Made by a program: the position numbers and the translations under genes. Below are positions 19,050 to 28,215 of a DNA stretch of 64,000 nucleotides, piece by piece. Origin of the DNA: a virus; IMG/VR virus record IMGVR_UViG_3300034105_003474, positions 32,001 to 96,000 of that record, one strand, 5' to 3'. The notes under the pieces were generated by a model. The model did no database searches. It was given only the letters and a program-made list of their open reading frames with translations, and had not been told where the DNA came from. Numbering within the stretch: the first letter of the stretch is position 1; every line of letters begins with the position of its first letter.

Positions 19050-19069
19050 ACAGTTCCTTAGTAGGGAAG

Positions 19070-19108
19070 ATACCACCACCTGAGCAATCGGGTGGTGGTA
19101 TTATTTTA
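19070..19108 (+). terminator. Rho-independent terminator
   Basis: ATACCACCACCTGA-GCAA-TCGGGTGGTGGTAT followed by a T-rich tail. Confidence 0.65.
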
Positions 19109-19111
19109 TGT

Positions 19112-19561
19112 ATGGATACGCCCGAGTGGGACGACTACAAACCTAAAGAAATAGAACTGCCTAAGCCGATCATCCCCGAGAATATCCTCAAAGACTTGAC
19201 AGAGTTCGTACAGAACGCATTAGAGAAGGAAAATAAACTAATGTCAATAACATCAGATGTGTTAGACCAACTGTATACAGAAATCGGTGGCGACGAAGAA
19301 ACAGCGTCCCTAGTTATCTCGTATATTCAACGACGCCACAAGTGGGATGTTGAACTATTGGCTGAACGCCGAGATGTAGACGAAGTGCTTTACCGAGAGC
19401 ACGACCTATTTGACGAACACATGTGGGACAAAGTCATGAATACCAAAGCCATCTCGGACCTGCATCACGAGGTGTGGAAACTATCCCAAAAGTACATTTC
19501 CCGCGCTATCAAAGAAGTGCTTGCTTCCGATAACGGGACTCCCGAGGAGCCAGCGTTCTAA
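19112..19561 (+). CDS. Hypothetical protein (MDTPEW...)
   Basis: Acidic helical ORF. Confidence 0.55.
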   Translation: MDTPEWDDYKPKEIELPKPIIPENILKDLTEFVQNALEKENKLMSITSDVLDQLYTEIGGDEETASLVISYIQRRHKWDVELLAERRDVDEVLYREHDLFDEHMWDKVMNTKAISDLHHEVWKLSQKYISRAIKEVLASDNGTPEEPAF

Positions 19562-19812
19562 AGCAGGTCGTCGTCGGCTAAAGGATCGCCGTCAATCATC
19601 TCAAAAGTTGCAGTAAAACGCGTTCCTTCTTCGTTATCAACCGAAGTAACTTGGAACCCAAGCGAATCAAGCATCAAATCTGCCACCCCACCCATATCTT
19701 CCTCAAAGGTTTCAACTTCTGCGTCGGTTGTTTCATCATCAACTGCCAAAGAAACAAGGATTTCCATCAGCAGATCACGAACGTTCAGGCGGACTTCTTC
19801 AGGTGTAAGCAT
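19558..19812 (-). CDS. Hypothetical acidic protein
   Basis: Leaderless ATG after TATTAT -10. Confidence 0.5.
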   Translation of the reverse strand: MLTPEEVRLNVRDLLMEILVSLAVDDETTDAEVETFEEDMGGVADLMLDSLGFQVTSVDNEEGTRFTATFEMIDGDPLADDDLL

Positions 19813-19893
19813 GTTGCCATAATAGCCCCGCATCCGCTAGATTGGTGACACCTCAGCCAAAAGGGTTGGGGTAAGACACTAGGAGGATCCGAA

Positions 19894-20361
19894 GTGAGTG
19901 CATCACCCGTAACATTGGTTGGAAATCTAACCGCTGACCCAGAACTGAAGTTCTTGCCAACAGGCGTTGGTAAGTTGACTTTCGGTATCGCAGTAAACCA
20001 TTATTGGACAGACCAAGATGGCGAAAAGCAAGAGAAGACTTCGTTCTTCAACATCATTGCATGGCGCAACCTCGCAGAGGACTGTGCGAATGTCCTCACC
20101 AAGGGTGTTCGTGTTGTTGTAACAGGACGCTTGGAACAGCGTTCGTGGGACGACAAGGAAACAGGTGCAAAGCGTTCAACTGTTGAAGTTCTTGCTGACA
20201 ACATTGGTTTGTCTGTTGGGAACATTGAGACATTTGTTCGTAAGCAGAAGCCTGAAGGTCAAGGTTCTTACGCCCCAAAGGCTAAAACCGCATCTGCGCC
20301 TGCACGCCCAGCACCAAAGCAAATTGCTCAGGTACAACTTGAAGAACAAGAGGCTTGGTAG
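19894..20361 (+). CDS. ssb: Single-stranded DNA-binding protein
   Basis: VTLVGNLTADPELKF, WRNLAE, KG.RVVVTGRLEQRSW; actinobacterial-type SSB. Confidence 0.95.
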   Translation: MSASPVTLVGNLTADPELKFLPTGVGKLTFGIAVNHYWTDQDGEKQEKTSFFNIIAWRNLAEDCANVLTKGVRVVVTGRLEQRSWDDKETGAKRSTVEVLADNIGLSVGNIETFVRKQKPEGQGSYAPKAKTASAPARPAPKQIAQVQLEEQEAW

Positions 20362-20433
20362 AAGCGGTTAGCCCCGCTATTGAATAACGGATCCTCACCA
20401 ATAATTGTCACCCGTGAGTGCCAGTTGGTGAGG

Positions 20434-20826
20434 TTATTCCGTTGTGATGGTCCATCTCGTATCAACTTTGGATGCGAGATCGGTGAGTGCTTTTTTGCTG
20501 TCTTCGTCGGTGTTGCACTTTTTGTATAGTTCTATTGTCTCTTCGTCTACTGCGAAATCTGTTTCATCTCCGCTTGCTGTTGAACGACTGAGTACTATGT
20601 CTCCTACTAGTAGTTGCCCGAACAGGTATGACATTGCGACATTTGCTTCCTGTCCGAGTAGTAAACCTTCATCATGGACATATGCGTGCATGTCTTTGCG
20701 TGAAGGGTGTCGCACGATATCAAACCATCCACCAACCATGTGGTGAACCATGATGTGTGCGTCTGTTACGGGAAGGTCAATGTGTCGTACTTCGCCGTTC
20801 GCTTTTACTAGTAGTGCCGATGTCAT
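20434..20826 (-). CDS. DUF3846-like protein
   Basis: VGGWFDIV, YVHDEGLL..N, LVGDIVL motifs. Confidence 0.7.
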   Translation of the reverse strand: MTSALLVKANGEVRHIDLPVTDAHIMVHHMVGGWFDIVRHPSRKDMHAYVHDEGLLLGQEANVAMSYLFGQLLVGDIVLSRSTASGDETDFAVDEETIELYKKCNTDEDSKKALTDLASKVDTRWTITTE

Positions 20827-21131
20827 TATGACTCCCTGATTGTGTGGTCGTATTCACGGTCTTGGTTTTCAAGACGGATAGGTAGATAGAAGTCATTCAT
20901 TGTGCGCTTGATGTACGGGTTGCGTAGACCCGACCAAGAGACTTTCACTCCGTTGGGTACATATGTTGTGAACCATTCAAATGCTTCTGCGCCGTTCTCA
21001 AACGGTCCATAAAACTTTTGTGTTCTGTCAAATGAAAGTGTTGCGATAAGTGGTGAGTTGAGATAGTAGGTGTCTAGATATTCCTGCATCTCGTCAAGTG
21101 TTTCAAGTATCATCGGATTGCGTTCGCCCAT
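20826..21131 (-). CDS. Hypothetical protein
   Basis: Operon context; FYGPF motif. Confidence 0.5.
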   Translation of the reverse strand: MGERNPMILETLDEMQEYLDTYYLNSPLIATLSFDRTQKFYGPFENGAEAFEWFTTYVPNGVKVSWSGLRNPYIKRTMNDFYLPIRLENQDREYDHTIRES

Positions 21132-21379
21132 TCTTCTTCTGTTGGTGGTTGTGGTTTTGCTACGACAACTGTTTCGGTTTTAATATTGTGTGCTATTACC
21201 TTGTTGCTTTGAATAAGTAGTGTGATATCACCCGAATACTCGTAGAAGAAGTCACCGAGGTCTACCGCACCGCATTTTGTATCTGCTACAAACTGTGCGT
21301 ATGCGAGTAGACGATCGGCTTCTGTTTCGTATTCGTCCGTAGGGCGTTCAGGGGGCATTTGTTCTTTAGGTTTACGCAT
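21110..21379 (-). CDS. Hypothetical protein
   Basis: Translationally coupled to the phosphoesterase gene. Confidence 0.5.
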   Translation of the reverse strand: MRKPKEQMPPERPTDEYETEADRLLAYAQFVADTKCGAVDLGDFFYEYSGDITLLIQSNKVIAHNIKTETVVVAKPQPPTEEEWANAIR

Positions 21380-22209
21380 TAGTATGTGTAATTCCCTTCT
21401 AACAAACGATTGAACTCCTCGCCGTAATACTTGAATGAATGTGATGACACACTGTCTGCTAGTTCGTTTTCATCAACGCCTAGTTCAAGGATAAGTACGC
21501 TCTCTGCACCCATGGTGTCACGACCGAGGACGCTTACTTCTGTGTCTGCGTCCATCCAATCCACCCGTGTGTGGTGGTGTCCACAGATGTGAAACTGTGG
21601 TGTCACCTTGTCAAGAATTTCCTTGACGAGATGTCGTTGTGCGATAGACACTTGAATATCGTCCTTGTATGTGATCTTTTCACCATTGTTGTACGGTGCA
21701 TCATGAGTCATGAGGATGTCAACGGGTTCGTCGCTGAGTAGATCAACATCAAACGGGTTGATAAGTTCACCTCTCCACCATGAGTCACCTTCTACACGGT
21801 CTAACCAATCAACTGAGTACGCACCGCCATAACCCATGAAGGTTGTTTCACCGATTTGGAAACGACATCCACGAGGAATGTACTGCAACCATTCGTTAGG
21901 TGTTGGGATCGGGTTGTTCTTTCCGTACTTGTCGGTGAGGTCACGAAGTAGATCATGGTTTTCGTGGTTGCCGTCAATCCAAAGGAACTTGATTTGTGCT
22001 TCCTCTGCGAGTTTCGCTACACGGTTCACGAATTGCTTCCCGAAGGGACGGTGTACCCAATATCCGAAGTCGCCTACAGAGATGATGTGTGTTACTTCGT
22101 TCTTTTGTGCGTGCGAGATTACCCACTCTGCGTGTTGCATGTTCCCGTGAATGTCACCTGCGAACATTACGACCTGTTTGGTCTGTTTAGTGTTTTCTAG
22201 TTGTTTCAT
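21379..22209 (-). CDS. Calcineurin-like metallophosphoesterase
   Basis: GDIHG, VGDFG, DGNHE, THDAP, GHHH motifs. Confidence 0.9.
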   Translation of the reverse strand: MKQLENTKQTKQVVMFAGDIHGNMQHAEWVISHAQKNEVTHIISVGDFGYWVHRPFGKQFVNRVAKLAEEAQIKFLWIDGNHENHDLLRDLTDKYGKNNPIPTPNEWLQYIPRGCRFQIGETTFMGYGGAYSVDWLDRVEGDSWWRGELINPFDVDLLSDEPVDILMTHDAPYNNGEKITYKDDIQVSIAQRHLVKEILDKVTPQFHICGHHHTRVDWMDADTEVSVLGRDTMGAESVLILELGVDENELADSVSSHSFKYYGEEFNRLLEGNYTY

Positions 22210-22310
22210 ATATATAAGTATATACCCGTACTGTCATATTGTCAACCCCATAAATGCCCTAATTTACGGGCTTTGATGATATATCTAGATGGATGGGGTA
22301 GTGTAGAGAT

Positions 22311-22739
22311 ATGACCGAAGTACCGACATCCGCTGTAATAGTTGCCCGCCTGCCCGAAGAGATCGTTGATCTAGTTGGGCGTTTCATTGGGGACAGCGAC
22401 ATTGACACAGACTTGGACGAGGTCAAAGTACTGATGCCTGCGAGTCCCGTTGTCTCAGCAATCGCCTCCTACTTGGGCATCTCCCAAGAAAGCCCCAGCG
22501 GGCACATGTTGGATCAGGCAAAAGCGTGGATAGATGAACAACTATTGTGGCAAGACAGAGCATCAGCCGTTCAGCAGAAACTTTCAGCAAAGTTCCCATT
22601 CACAGAAGTAGAAGCATCAAAAGGTGAAATCCCTTCATGGATGCACGCCCCATGGGCTCCAACCCTGCTGTTCCAATGGTCAGAAGCGCTAAGAGACGCA
22701 GTTTTACAAGCAGAAGAATATGTGGAGGAAGTCCTATGA
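22311..22739 (+). CDS. Hypothetical protein
   Basis: 142 aa ORF. Confidence 0.55.
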   Translation: MTEVPTSAVIVARLPEEIVDLVGRFIGDSDIDTDLDEVKVLMPASPVVSAIASYLGISQESPSGHMLDQAKAWIDEQLLWQDRASAVQQKLSAKFPFTEVEASKGEIPSWMHAPWAPTLLFQWSEALRDAVLQAEEYVEEVL

Positions 22740-23113
22740 GTGACGAAACCAACGACAATCTAGAGTTCGCTATGGGAGAAGTAGCGCGAGACCTAGAACC
22801 AACGCGTTCAAGAAGTGTTGCGAAGAAGAAGAAAGACAAAGACGGGACTGATCTGTCTTCCACAGCACAAGAACAGGTCCTGTTCCGTGCAACTGCTGAA
22901 GACAAGCAGAAGTGGGAAGAATGCGCCAAACATTTGGGTATTTCTATGGCTGAGTTCCTTCGTGTTTCCGCTAACGAAAAGGTTGAATCTGCGATGGCAG
23001 GATGCGACCACCCGTTGGCTTTCCGCCGTTCATTTCCGTGGATGGAAGAATGCTTGAAGTGCGGTGTGCGTTTACGAAACGAACAAACTGCAACTTACAC
23101 TAATCGTCGCTAA
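22736..23113 (+). CDS. Ribbon-helix-helix-like DNA-binding protein with C-terminal Zn ribbon (MSDETN...)
   Basis: QVLFRATAEDKQKWEECAKHLGISMAEFLR; CDH...CLKC. Confidence 0.6.
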   Translation: MSDETNDNLEFAMGEVARDLEPTRSRSVAKKKKDKDGTDLSSTAQEQVLFRATAEDKQKWEECAKHLGISMAEFLRVSANEKVESAMAGCDHPLAFRRSFPWMEECLKCGVRLRNEQTATYTNRR

Positions 23114-23116
23114 GCA

Positions 23117-23470
23117 GTGAAGCCCCGCAAACCGATAAAACGGTCGCCACTCAAACGATCAACTAAGCCGATCAAGCAGAAGTCGGCAAAGCGGTTGGTT
23201 GCTGATGTGGATAGGCGCATCTTTGTTGCGATGATGCTGAAGAAACACCCGTATTGTGTTGCGTGTCCTGTGTTCGCTGAACATGATGGGCTTGTCACTT
23301 ATGTGCGTCGCCCGTCGCAGGATATTCACGAACTTATCCGTCGCTCACAGGGTGGTTCTGTGGTGGATGAGGGGAACTGTATTGCTGTGTGCCGTCCGTG
23401 TCATACACGAATCGGGGAGAATCCGCAGTTAGCCTTTGACTTGGGGCTTGCGAAACACTCGTGGGAATGA
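23117..23470 (+). CDS. HNH endonuclease
   Basis: CVAC...DIHE..RRSQGG....N..AVCRPCH. Confidence 0.8.
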   Translation: MKPRKPIKRSPLKRSTKPIKQKSAKRLVADVDRRIFVAMMLKKHPYCVACPVFAEHDGLVTYVRRPSQDIHELIRRSQGGSVVDEGNCIAVCRPCHTRIGENPQLAFDLGLAKHSWE

Positions 23471-23730
23471 AAGGGGATTTATGTCTATGCTGACATGGTT
23501 TATGAAACTGATGTGGGTTGTATCTATGATTTCGGTAATCGGGTTGCTGTCTGTACTCGCGATGATACTGATAGCAGACTTGAAGGGTTCGTGGTATTGG
23601 AAAAAGCGTGGTTGGTGAACCACCCGTAAGCACTATTTGCGCTTACTGCCATGCCTACGATCGTATTGAACACCTTTACGGTATAGCCACCATCCTGCTA
23701 ATACGAGTAGTAAACCTGTAACGAACTGTG

Positions 23731-24263
23731 TCATTGTGTTTTTCCTTTCTTGCAGAAGTCAATATATTTGGTCATTACGAAGTCTACGAACTCTGATCGT
23801 ATTGTCGCTTCACCATCGTCAATCATAGTGAACTCGGGTAGACCGTTATCGTTATAAACATATTTAGAACACTTACCTGCACTACCTCCTTCATACCCGT
23901 AGGTCGCTACAGTCAATGCTTCTGATACAGGTGTATTGGGGTTGTTCTTATACTCTTTCTCTAGGTCACCTCTCTGATAACCCGTGAGACTGTCTAACTT
24001 TTTGATACGAACATAACTATCTACAACGATACTTACAGTGTCAAACTCATCCAAACCATCGTTGTATGCGTCGCTCAACACATCAGGTAATGACTCAAAG
24101 GGATGACCATCTTTACCGCTTTGTCTGCACTCAAACAGGTCGCCCTTCTGAAACACAACGAATGACTGCATGTCTGTAATACCGTTATCTTCTTTGCATA
24201 CCTCTGTCTTGCGAAGTTGTGCGATCTTTACGATCTTGTCTGCTTCTATGTCTATGTCCATCA
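23731..24263 (-). CDS. Hypothetical protein (MMDIDIE...)
   Basis: Long ORF; weak resemblance to 33578..34210. Confidence 0.55.
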
Positions 24264-24550
24264 TTGTTATACCCGTGTGCTTCTTTTGCGTGTGATTGAA
24301 CGACACGCTGTTAGTGCTTGCTCTCTTGTGTCATGTGTAGACAACGGCATGTTGTTGTTCGCTGTGTCTATTACCAACCATTTAGTGGAAGGGTATCTAT
24401 CAGGTGAGATGTCGTATCTGTAGTTCATTGTGCTCCTATGAGTAGGACGATCATGGCTATTGCCATTGTTGCTATGCCTAGTAATGCGTCTGCTGTCATG
24501 TGTCTAACTATATAACAGTAGTGAGTATATGTCAAGTATCACCCGTAGCA

Positions 24551-24769
24551 CTATTTCTCAACACGCCACCTCAAACCATAAGACCTACGCACCGCATTAG
24601 CCTCCAACCTACGAGACCTCTCAGGCTCAGGTAACGACTCATACAGGGCAATACGCTGACGATTCTTACGCTCACGCTCATACTCCCTACGCCTCTCACG
24701 CTTAGCCCTCGTATCCTCACGATGACAACGATCCCACTCTCTCTTGTCCTCAACATTCTTATAAGGCAC
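24551..24769 (-). CDS. Arg-rich small protein (MPYK...)
   Basis: MPYK start and R/E-rich helix common in phage proteins; strongly G/T-biased codons. Confidence 0.5.
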   Translation of the reverse strand: MPYKNVEDKREWDRCHREDTRAKRERRREYERERKNRQRIALYESLPEPERSRRLEANAVRRSYGLRWRVEK

Positions 24770-24779
24770 AACTAACGAC

Positions 24780-25005
24780 CTTTAGCAAACAACTTGAACA
24801 CAAAAAGCACAACAAAAGAAATCACAACAGACGCAACAACCTCCTCAAAATGCACAACAAACACAAAATGCAACAAAAGCAACAACCAATACAAAACAAC
24901 CAACACAAACAACAAAGGAACAAGCACACGCATTACAACAAAACCCTTACAACATAAGGGTTATAGGACATGTTCAGTTGGTTCATAAGCGGGGCTGTCA
25001 ACCTT
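24780..25005. other. Putative bidirectional replication origin (strand-skew switch)
   Basis: Top strand is A/C-rich and G-poor to the left, T/G-rich to the right; palindrome AACCCTTA-N5-TAAGGGTT at 24942-24962; GCGGGGCT at 24989. Confidence 0.5.
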
Positions 25006-25203
25006 TTAGAGCGGTTCAGGCAGGGTGGGGAGTGATGCGATAATTTTTTGTGTCGCCTTCTTTTTTTTAGGTTTATCTGACACGGGTGTGTTGGTTGTTT
25101 TGGGTTTTGGTTTGTAGGTGTTTTCTAGTTGTTTGATTTCTTTTTCTAGTTGTTTGATTTCTTTGTTTAGTTGGGCGAGTTGTTGGTCTAATGTTTTTTT
25201 CAT
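25006..25203 (-). CDS. Small coiled-coil protein
   Basis: KEIKQLE duplicated. Confidence 0.45.
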   Translation of the reverse strand: MKKTLDQQLAQLNKEIKQLEKEIKQLENTYKPKPKTTNTPVSDKPKKKKATQKIIASLPTLPEPL

Positions 25204-25520
25204 TTTGTTTCTGTTTCTGTGTGGTGGTGGATCATGTTGAGGCAGGTGAGGTAGCCGATTGTGTCTAGGAGTGTGTCGTGGTGTAGGTGTCCTTGGTCTA
25301 GGTTGGTTCGTAGTCTTGCGAGTTTGACGGAGACCATGAAGAGTATTGCGTCGTTTATGGTGAGTTGTTTTCCTGTGAGTGTTTGGAAGATGTTGATGAC
25401 TTTTGTGTAGTCGTCTTTTGGGTGTCCGTATGTGTTTTGGCGGTCTTGGTTGACGATTTTGTAGGCTTCTTGGAGGATTTCGGTTCCGGGTGTGGGCGTA
25501 TTTTTTGGTGTGGTGTTCAT
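25200..25520 (-). CDS. DUF6378-like phage protein
   Basis: IL.EA..IVN.DRQ..YGHP.D....I...VKLAR...H.D...D.IGY. Confidence 0.8.
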   Translation of the reverse strand: MNTTPKNTPTPGTEILQEAYKIVNQDRQNTYGHPKDDYTKVINIFQTLTGKQLTINDAILFMVSVKLARLRTNLDQGHLHHDTLLDTIGYLTCLNMIHHHTETETK

Positions 25521-25528
25521 ATCGTTTT

Positions 25529-25548
25529 AGTTTATCTGTTGTGGGACT
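25529..25548 (-). promoter_or_regulatory. Class-2 leaderless promoter AGTCCCAC-N6-TAAACT (also 26134-26153, 26665-26684, 27395-27414)
   Basis: Four copies with identical spacing, each 7-9 nt before a start codon. Confidence 0.7.
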
Positions 25549-25591
25549 GTTGGGGTGGTTTATAAAAAATTTGCGCGGCGGTCAGAGGTTT

Positions 25592-26125
25592 TTAGAGGTG
25601 TACGAGTTGGTGTTCTTTTAGGGTGAGTCGTGGTCCGTAGCCGTAGTCGGTTTTTTGGGCGTTTGTAAAGAAGTTTTGGCGGGTTGTTCCACCGATTATT
25701 TGGAACTGTGTGTTTGTCCCTATGTTTTCCCATTGGGCTTTGGGCTGGTTGCACCATACGACTATGCATTGTTCTGTGTCGGGTTTCCATAAACCGTATT
25801 TGCAGTGTTCAGGGTCGTTGATTATCAGGTCTTTTTGTGATGATGTTTTGATCTCAGTTTTTTTGTTGTTTATGGTGGTGTCAAAGCCGTTGTCTGCACC
25901 TACATAGATTTCCCAATCTATTTGCGTGTTGTAGTAGCGGGAGATGATTACTTCTCCTGCTTTGCCGAGCATGATGATGCCTTTTTCTGTAGCGTTTTTT
26001 GTGTATTTGCGGTCGGTTACTTGGTGTTCGTTTTTGTTTGCTTTACAGATGTCTGTGAATCTGCGTAGTTGTAGTACTTCTCTTGCGGTGAGTTGCATCA
26101 ACGGATATTTTTTGTCGGGTTGCAT
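25592..26125 (-). CDS. Putative PD-(D/E)xK nuclease-like protein
   Basis: GKAGE...DNGFD......TEIKTS pattern. Confidence 0.5.
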   Translation of the reverse strand: MQPDKKYPLMQLTAREVLQLRRFTDICKANKNEHQVTDRKYTKNATEKGIIMLGKAGEVIISRYYNTQIDWEIYVGADNGFDTTINNKKTEIKTSSQKDLIINDPEHCKYGLWKPDTEQCIVVWCNQPKAQWENIGTNTQFQIIGGTTRQNFFTNAQKTDYGYGPRLTLKEHQLVHL

Positions 26126-26136
26126 GTTGTTTTAGT

Positions 26137-26655
26137 TTATCTAGCGTGGGACTGTTTTTGTTGTCTGTATCTTTTTTGATATTCGCGGTCGTATGCCAAT
26201 ATTTTTTCGCGTTTCTCAGGGTTTGCCCTGTTGGTTTTCCTGCTTATTCTGATGCATTCTCTACAGATCCGTTGTTTTGTGCCGTCGGCGTTTGTTCTTG
26301 AAAATATGTTTTCGGGTGTGAATTCGTGTCCTTTGCGACAGTGTGTTTGTTGACGGTTGGTAGAACCGTGTCTGTCTTTCTTGAACATGTCTTTCATGTT
26401 GTCACTGGAGGTTCCTGCCCATAGGTGGTCTGGGTTGACGCATTGGGGGTTGTCGCAGGTGTGGCAGATGATCAGTCCGTCAGGTATTTCGCCTTTGTGC
26501 AGTATGTAACTGAGTCTGTGGGCGCTGGTGCCTTTGCCGTTGTACGACATTGCTCCGTATCCTTTAGAGTTTTTTGCTCCTGTCCATAGCCAACAGGTGT
26601 CTGTTTTTTCTACTTTTTGGTTGAACCGTTCTAGATATGTCATATGTTTTGCCAT
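26137..26655 (-). CDS. HNH endonuclease (HNH_3 type) with C-terminal Zn motif
   Basis: [39 protein letters not shown]. Confidence 0.9.
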   Translation of the reverse strand: MAKHMTYLERFNQKVEKTDTCWLWTGAKNSKGYGAMSYNGKGTSAHRLSYILHKGEIPDGLIICHTCDNPQCVNPDHLWAGTSSDNMKDMFKKDRHGSTNRQQTHCRKGHEFTPENIFSRTNADGTKQRICRECIRISRKTNRANPEKREKILAYDREYQKRYRQQKQSHAR

Positions 26656-26667
26656 GATTTTTTTAGT

Positions 26668-27387
26668 TTATCTAGTTGCGGACTCTTTTGCTATAGCAAT
26701 ATATTTTTCGTCTATATCGTATCCGATATATCGTCTGCCTAGTTTGTGGGCTGTTGTTGTCGTTGTTCCTATACCGTTGAAGGGGTCTAGGACGATGTCA
26801 TCGGGTTGTGTTGTGAGTAGGACACAGTTTTCTACTAGTTGCGCAGGGAATGGTGCGGGATGGATGGTTTGCCGTTGCGGGGAGATGTCCCATATTTCGC
26901 CAAGGTATTTGGGGTCTATGTTCCCACGGAATGTTTTCGGCTTGTCTTTGGACAACCAATAGATGTGTTCTGTGTTTGGTAGCAGATGGTCTTTGCGTAT
27001 GTTCGGACTGTTTTTACGGTTCCAAATGATCAGTTGATATATGTGTGCTTTTGTTTTGTGTATGAATTCTGTTGGTAGTCGTGCTTGGTTGTTGTGTCGG
27101 CGGGGTTTATGGTTGAAAAAGATTGATCCGTCTGGTGTGATGACTCGGTGTAGTTCGTTGATTACTTCTATCATCCACTCTTGATATATTTTTTCTGGCA
27201 TGTTGTCGTGATATTCGTTGTAATCAATATTGTGTTTCTGCCAGATTTGATTGCTGTTTTGTGTTTTGCCGTTTTGGATACCTTTTTTGTTGTATGGCGG
27301 TGAGGTAACAACGGTGTTTATTGTGTTGTCGGGTATTTGTTGGAGTTCTCGTAGGGCGTCCCCACATTTTATAAAGTTGGTCTCCAC
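26668..27387 (-). CDS. DNA N4-C/N6-A methyltransferase (beta class)
   Basis: TSPPY, HPAPFP, LDPFNGIGTT. Confidence 0.9.
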   Translation of the reverse strand: METNFIKCGDALRELQQIPDNTINTVVTSPPYNKKGIQNGKTQNSNQIWQKHNIDYNEYHDNMPEKIYQEWMIEVINELHRVITPDGSIFFNHKPRRHNNQARLPTEFIHKTKAHIYQLIIWNRKNSPNIRKDHLLPNTEHIYWLSKDKPKTFRGNIDPKYLGEIWDISPQRQTIHPAPFPAQLVENCVLLTTQPDDIVLDPFNGIGTTTTTAHKLGRRYIGYDIDEKYIAIAKESATR

Positions 27388-27428
27388 GCCGTTTAGTTTA
27401 TACAGGCGGGGACTGTCAGGGTGAACGC

Positions 27429-27911
27429 TTACAGGTTTTGGTTTTTGAGTCTGGTTTCCCAGCCGAGCATCCCGTTTTCTCGTAATGTTTTACGCATTTT
27501 TGCTTCTTCTCGTTCACGATTTCTGCGTCCCACGAAAAGCAATGCGTGTGATCCGCTCATCGTGATTGCGTAAATGTTTTTTGTTTGACGGTTGGGAGGA
27601 TTCGGGTGGTCTGACTTTATGAGATATCCAAGTTTTGTCAGGTAGCCAAGTGATTCGTTGATGCGCCCTGAGTCATGTTTTTTGAATAAAAATTCTTGGT
27701 AGTCAGTTACTGAGAAGTCGCGACTTTTTCGGAATTGCGCATAGGTGAGGATGCGGTGCGACAGTGTTCCATATTTAAGATACTTTGAAGGGTTGGTTAA
27801 CGGTGTGTCTTCTATGCCTAATTGCCTCAGTGATTTTCGCCCTTGCGATGCAGGCTTTTTACGATTTTTTCGTGTGTCTATTCTTTTCGGCTTTTGAGGT
27901 GTGTTGTTCAT
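27429..27911 (-). CDS. Basic putative winged-helix DNA-binding protein
   Basis: Basic N-terminus; SL..L.KLGYL...YAIT.SG. Confidence 0.5.
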   Translation of the reverse strand: MNNTPQKPKRIDTRKNRKKPASQGRKSLRQLGIEDTPLTNPSKYLKYGTLSHRILTYAQFRKSRDFSVTDYQEFLFKKHDSGRINESLGYLTKLGYLIKSDHPNPPNRQTKNIYAITMSGSHALLFVGRRNREREEAKMRKTLRENGMLGWETRLKNQNL

Positions 27912-27948
27912 CGCCGTCAAGTTATCGCGGTGGTAGGGTTTTCGCTAT

Positions 27949-28215
27949 ATGAAACGACAAAAACCTGCACCTAAAAAAATAAATCCGAATAGTGCAAAAT
28001 TGAATCAGGTTCGGTTGTCAGGTGAAATAAAATTTCCTAAAGAATTTGTTCCTTGGCATGTGCGCAGAGGTACGACAGAGTTTGAGTTAAGAGAATTGTT
28101 GTGTGATGCACGAGATCAGTTTTTTGATCGTGATGCAATAATCATTTTAGACTTGTTGGAAAAGCACTCTGTGAACGACCTATTTGTTGAAGGTCTTTTG
28201 GTACTGAAAGATTAA
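27949..28215 (+). CDS. Hypothetical protein
   Basis: 88 aa ORF. Confidence 0.45.
   Translation: MKRQKPAPKKINPNSAKLNQVRLSGEIKFPKEFVPWHVRRGTTEFELRELLCDARDQFFDRDAIIILDLLEKHSVNDLFVEGLLVLKD

Noticed and set aside
23620-23730. Possible tRNA/ncRNA in an intergenic gap
   Set aside because: No cloverleaf or T-loop GTTCRA recognised by eye; tRNAscan-SE/Infernal would be needed to exclude RNA genes window-wide.
24794-24988. 64 aa Thr/Asn/Lys-rich ORF
   Set aside because: By-product of A/C-rich low-complexity sequence; TTG start and no RBS.
26137-27387. MTase + HNH as a restriction-modification system
   Set aside because: The HNH looks like a free-standing homing-type enzyme with its own promoter, and orphan MTases are common in phages. 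The neighbouring PD-(D/E)xK call is too weak to support an RM claim.
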